Below are positions 60,141 through 64,000 of a DNA stretch of 64,000 bases, in pieces. Every line of letters begins with the position of its first letter. The first letter of the stretch is position 1. The notes below the pieces were generated by a model that saw only the letters and a program-made list of their open reading frames with translations, was not told the DNA's origin and did not search any database. Made by a program: the position numbers and the translations under genes. The DNA lies in assembly GCA_964187785.1 (NCBI GenBank), contig OZ076416.1, positions 38,874,001 to 38,938,000 of the forward strand. The letters are read 5' to 3'. The stretch is from Amphiscolops sp. MND2022 (taxonomy: Eukaryota).

Positions 60141-61274
60141 GTAAAAATTGTGCACATTTTCAACATGAGATTCTGAATGTTACTTGCAAAATATTTTGGC
60201 CCTCACAAGCCTGACAATTCAATTCTGTTGTTGAAAACAGTACACAGGTACGTAAACTAGGTTCAGTGTGGCACAGGTGCTGGTCGATTGGTTGTTTTTC
60301 ATGAAAAAACTGTTCTTAATGTTTTTTGTTTATATATATTTTTTATTTTTTGAGTTTTTAAGGTTGAACGCGTTAGCTTCTTGTCCGCGGGATTTGAGCC
60401 CTAGGCGGTCATGACTTGAGCGGTTCCCAGATTGGTTTCGCGAGACATAGTATTCAACATCGGAGTATGTCATTTCAAATGTGCCATTTTGGCAACTAAG
60501 TCTTTCCTACTGTTGAAATATTTCTGCCATGTTGTTTGAAACACGTACACATATTTTTCAACATGTACTCCAGTATGCTTGTTCATGAGGCGCCAAGATT
60601 TTGATTCTTCTCAGTAATTATATTTTGATTTCTTCGATAATTGCGCTGATATGGGCAATATTTGATATATTACGTGAATCAGCCGTTTGACAGTTTGCGT
60701 AACTCATTTATTGCTACCGTTAATAATCAAAAGCAGTAACCAGCTCTAGCTGAATATCAAATCGAACAGCTAAATTTCCCATTTAATTTTCTCGCCTGAA
60801 AATTTTTCTGAAGGTCTGCAAAAAAAGTAAATTGAGCAATTCCGCTTCGCTTGTGGTGTCTAGAGATCCAAGAAAAATTCGCTACAGGAGCGTTTTGAAA
60901 ACTTATTGGATTCAGAAATTTAGAAAAGCAATTTTAAAGAACAGCGGTATCCAGCGGTAGCGATATTTTCAAAAAGATGTAGCTAGCAGTACCGTTAAAC
61001 TTTAGTAGCGGTCAAATCACTGATGTGAACTCTCTGATTATCATGGAAGCATGATTGTGTCAAAAATTGTAGAACAAATGCTGTTGTAATTTTGTCGAAT
61101 ATACATTCCTCTGCATAGTATCAATTTTTTGTATGTTCTGTTTTCCCTTTTTGTGCTTGTGTATCGCTTGTAATGAGGTCAATTGGGGGTGCATTACGCA
61201 CAAATAATGGAAGTTCACACTTGTCAATTGTGTTGAATGTGACCACTTTTGTTGTTATCAATGTCCCTTTTTAG

Positions 61275-61520
61275 ATTCGCGTGTCACACAATGTGCACAA
61301 ACATCTGCTGCTGTGTCAGTTAATGAAAGACCAACACAATGAACGACTTCATCAATACAGTAAAAACGATGCGCGAAATGAAAAAACGACGAGCGTGGAG
61401 AAGTGTCCCTCTTTGTCATCATTGACAGAGATCAAAAACGACGATGAAAGGGAATTGAACAAAAACGAGTATTCCATTAAATACACTCTACTGGACTATA
61501 TCAAGGCCGCCAAACCGTGA
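61275..61520 (+). CDS. TSEN34: TSEN34 exon 4 (terminal)
   Basis: ccctttttag|IRVSHNVHKHLLLC (catalytic Lys region) ... YSIKYTLLDYIKAAKP*. Confidence 0.75.
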   Translation: MRVSHNVHKHLLLCQLMKDQHNERLHQYSKNDARNEKTTSVEKCPSLSSLTEIKNDDERELNKNEYSIKYTLLDYIKAAKP

Positions 61521-62305
61521 AATAGGTCATGCTGCACTGCCTTCCAATTTTTCCATAAATGGAGGGTATCCTCACTTGATGCCAAGATGTCCTTGGGGTT
61601 CGAGATTGGACGAATCAAAGAGGGCGTTCTGTTTGTTGTTGCGCCGCAGTTCAAACACAAGAGCGGAAATGCGTTGCGGGTTCAAGATTCTTTGAGATAA
61701 AAAGAAGAGAAACTCAGAATATTTTATCTGCATATTTTATTCATCATAGAAATTTTTCATTTTGTCATATGATTGGTTTTTTTGCTTTCCTTCTATCAAC
61801 ATGATCGATGAATTGGAAATAAGTTCACTGCTGAGCAATGAATATGTAATTATCCTCAGTTTTGTTTTTGAAAGGGGAAACAGTTTCGGTGTTGACGTCG
61901 TCAATCCATCCAGGAAATGAACTGTGCACGGGCTTATTGTTGAGTCTTGCATTTACGACCATTTTGAAAAAATTCCCTGGAAAGTAAAAATGTACAATGG
62001 TATGGGCATATATATATATCTGTTTTGCTCATCGAAAAGGTCGTTTTGAAAAGACTTCGTTATGAAGCCAATTTTCCCTAAATTGGTTCGTACTTTGATC
62101 GATTGTAAAAACACAACCGCAAATTTTGAATTTGTCAATGAAAGAAATTTGAAATGTCAATCAGTTAAGCATAAAAAACGGACAGTTTGTAATCTAATTG
62201 AAGTGAAGTTTATTTGTTGATGCTTTTTTCTGCTCGGTGAAAAACCGCGAAAAATCAATCGTTGCCATAGAAATTTTGTCTGTATAAACTCAGATCGGTT
62301 GCTAA

Positions 62306-63220
62306 TTACACTTGCGATAAGCAAGTGTTATGGGAAAGTGCGGGTGCTTTTTTTTTCCGCGCGACAACTCGTTTCAGCCCGCAACTCACACAGTTCAGGC
62401 GTTCGTGGTCTAGTGGTAAGATGTTTCCTTTCCAACCCAGGGGGTGTGTGTGCGCTAATTTTTTAACAAGCATTCCGAAGCAGAAGTTTTCACTTTTTTC
62501 AGCACTATGAGACTTCCCCTCTTTTAGGCTTTGTGAGACTTTTTTTCGAAAATTCTTGTCCTCAAAGGGTCCTCCTTGCAATTTTTTAAATATTTTGCAA
62601 CAGAACGAATGTTAAAAAATCCCAAAGGGCCCTTTCAGATTTTTCGTCACCATGAGACTGTTCGAAATTTTTTTTTTCAAAATTTTTGTAAAGTCTCCAA
62701 AGGGTCCCCCTTCAATTTTTTGATATTTTGCAACAGAATGGATGTTATAAAATCTCAAAGAGTCCCCGTTTTACAATTTTCGGCATTGTGAGATTTTTCA
62801 AAATGAATAATTTTCGTCTTAAATTACGTTTTCTCAAGCCCAGCACGCTATATCCGATTTTGTTTTTTTTTCAAAGACCGGCGTTTTCATCGAAGCCCCC
62901 CTCAAATTTTAGTAGAAGCGAAACGTTTTGCGAGCATAAAGGACTCCATAGGGTTTTCGGGACTTACCCGAGACCTTCATCAAAAAAAATTCGAAAAATT
63001 TCGAAAGAAAAGTTTTTTTTGAAAGGTTTTCGGTTGATATGGGTTTCCAGTTGAGGAAAAATGGTTTTCGAGTCTTATGCGTATCCCTTCGGGTATTTTT
63101 GGCACTGTGAAATTGATGAAATTTTAACAATATCATCCTCTTACCCTTGGTTCTTCGTATGATACTACTTTTTGGTTTTCTTTTCAAAAGTTCGCAAGTG
63201 TTTGCGAAGCACGGCTTCGC
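62306..63220 (+). mobile_element. Second copy of the HINE-like element, with a tRNA-Gly-like 5' half
   Basis: Same termini as 31066-31918; gcgttcgtggtctagtggtaagatgtttcctttccaac at ~62399-62436 resembles the 5' half of tRNA-Gly(TCC). Confidence 0.6.
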
Positions 63221-63390
63221 ATCTGGTGTTTCTTCCTGCCTATTTGTTTTTTTTGCGTCAAATGCAATATCATTGAAACACTAGGAATATATTTTATTCT
63301 ACCGAAAGTCTGGATCAGTTCGTTGGGCGCATTTTTGAGTGATCGTCTGTAGTTTACCGCAATAACCTCCTTGTCGGGTATTCTCGTAAA

Positions 63391-63939
63391 GCGACAATTC
63401 GTCCCAAGCGATGATTCGTCCCAAGCGATGATTCGTCCCAAGCGACAATTCGTCCCAAACTCCAAAAAGCGACAATTCGTCCCAAGCGACAATTCGTCCC
63501 AAGCGACAATTCGTCCCATTTTGAAAAAGCGACAATTCGTCCCAATTATTAAAAGCTGCAATTTGTCCCCAATTTAATTGCCAATAAAGACCTTTGTAAT
63601 AATGAATCCGGAAAGATTACAATTAGAGGCAGGTGCCAATAATTAATTTTAACATTCCACGACTAGTACGTTAAAATGCAACATTTTCTAATTATTGTCA
63701 CGTGGTTGAATGAATTCATTTGTAGTTGGTTTGATTATTTCTTTCGTTTCAACCTTCAAAAAGTTGGTAATTAGCCGATCAATTCAACAATTTGGGACGA
63801 ATTGTCGCTTTTTACAAATGGGACGAATTGTCGCCTTTTTAAAAATGGGACGAATTGACGCTTGGGACGAATTGTCGCTTTTTGGAATTTGGGACGAATT
63901 GTCGCTTGGGACGAATTGTCGCTTGGGACGAATTGTCGC
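63391..63939. mobile_element. Foldback element: about eight forward and seven inverted 17-bp units around a ~245-bp core
   Basis: GCGACAATTCGTCCCAA array at 63391-63545; TTGGGACGAATTGTCGC array at 63791-63939. Confidence 0.8.
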
Positions 63940-64000
63940 CCAACCGGGTATTCTGGATAATATTTATTGCCTTAAAAGGAGCATGTATTGACTTGGGACA

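Noticed and set aside
62399-62440. tRNA-Gly gene (also ~31195-31265)
   Set aside because: Only part of the cloverleaf is present, or the arms are broken, and both lie inside a dispersed repeat.
63391-63939. CRISPR-like array of 17-bp repeats (also 58047-58368)
   Set aside because: Units are mostly directly adjacent with no unique equal-length spacers, they occur as inverted arms, the context is eukaryotic, and no cas genes are present.

Overview
Eukaryotic, probably invertebrate animal, genomic DNA that is repeat-rich and has two N gaps; the species cannot be identified from the sequence alone. Three host genes are recognisable: NUDT21/CFIm25 (intronless CDS), NUS1/NgBR (exact-looking 2,258-bp tandem duplication) and a 4-exon TSEN34. 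The dominant feature is a young 19,737-bp Ty3/Gypsy LTR element (35690-55426) with 1,526-bp LTRs, an ATAC target-site duplication, and its empty pre-insertion site preserved nearby. Its gag-pol has a UUUAAAC -1 frameshift signal and a TARG1/OARD1-like macrodomain inside Pol. Beyond gag-pol it carries a chuvirus-like (class III) envelope glycoprotein, a family of small stop/start-coupled ORFs, an antisense ORF, an ATG-less probably spliced ORF, and a PAM2-motif + coiled-coil + TRAF/MATH protein. Together this resembles a complex virus-like retroelement with accessory genes. Positions ~11.4-18.0 kb form a compositionally alien island of short exon-like segments with AG|G and AG|GC junctions, separated by many different small TIR elements. 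That resembles dinoflagellate introner-rich genes and may be symbiont/contaminant DNA or a horizontal insertion. The rest is LINE remnants, MITEs, foldback elements and four kb-scale tandem duplications. All protein assignments are by-eye motif recognition, not database searches.
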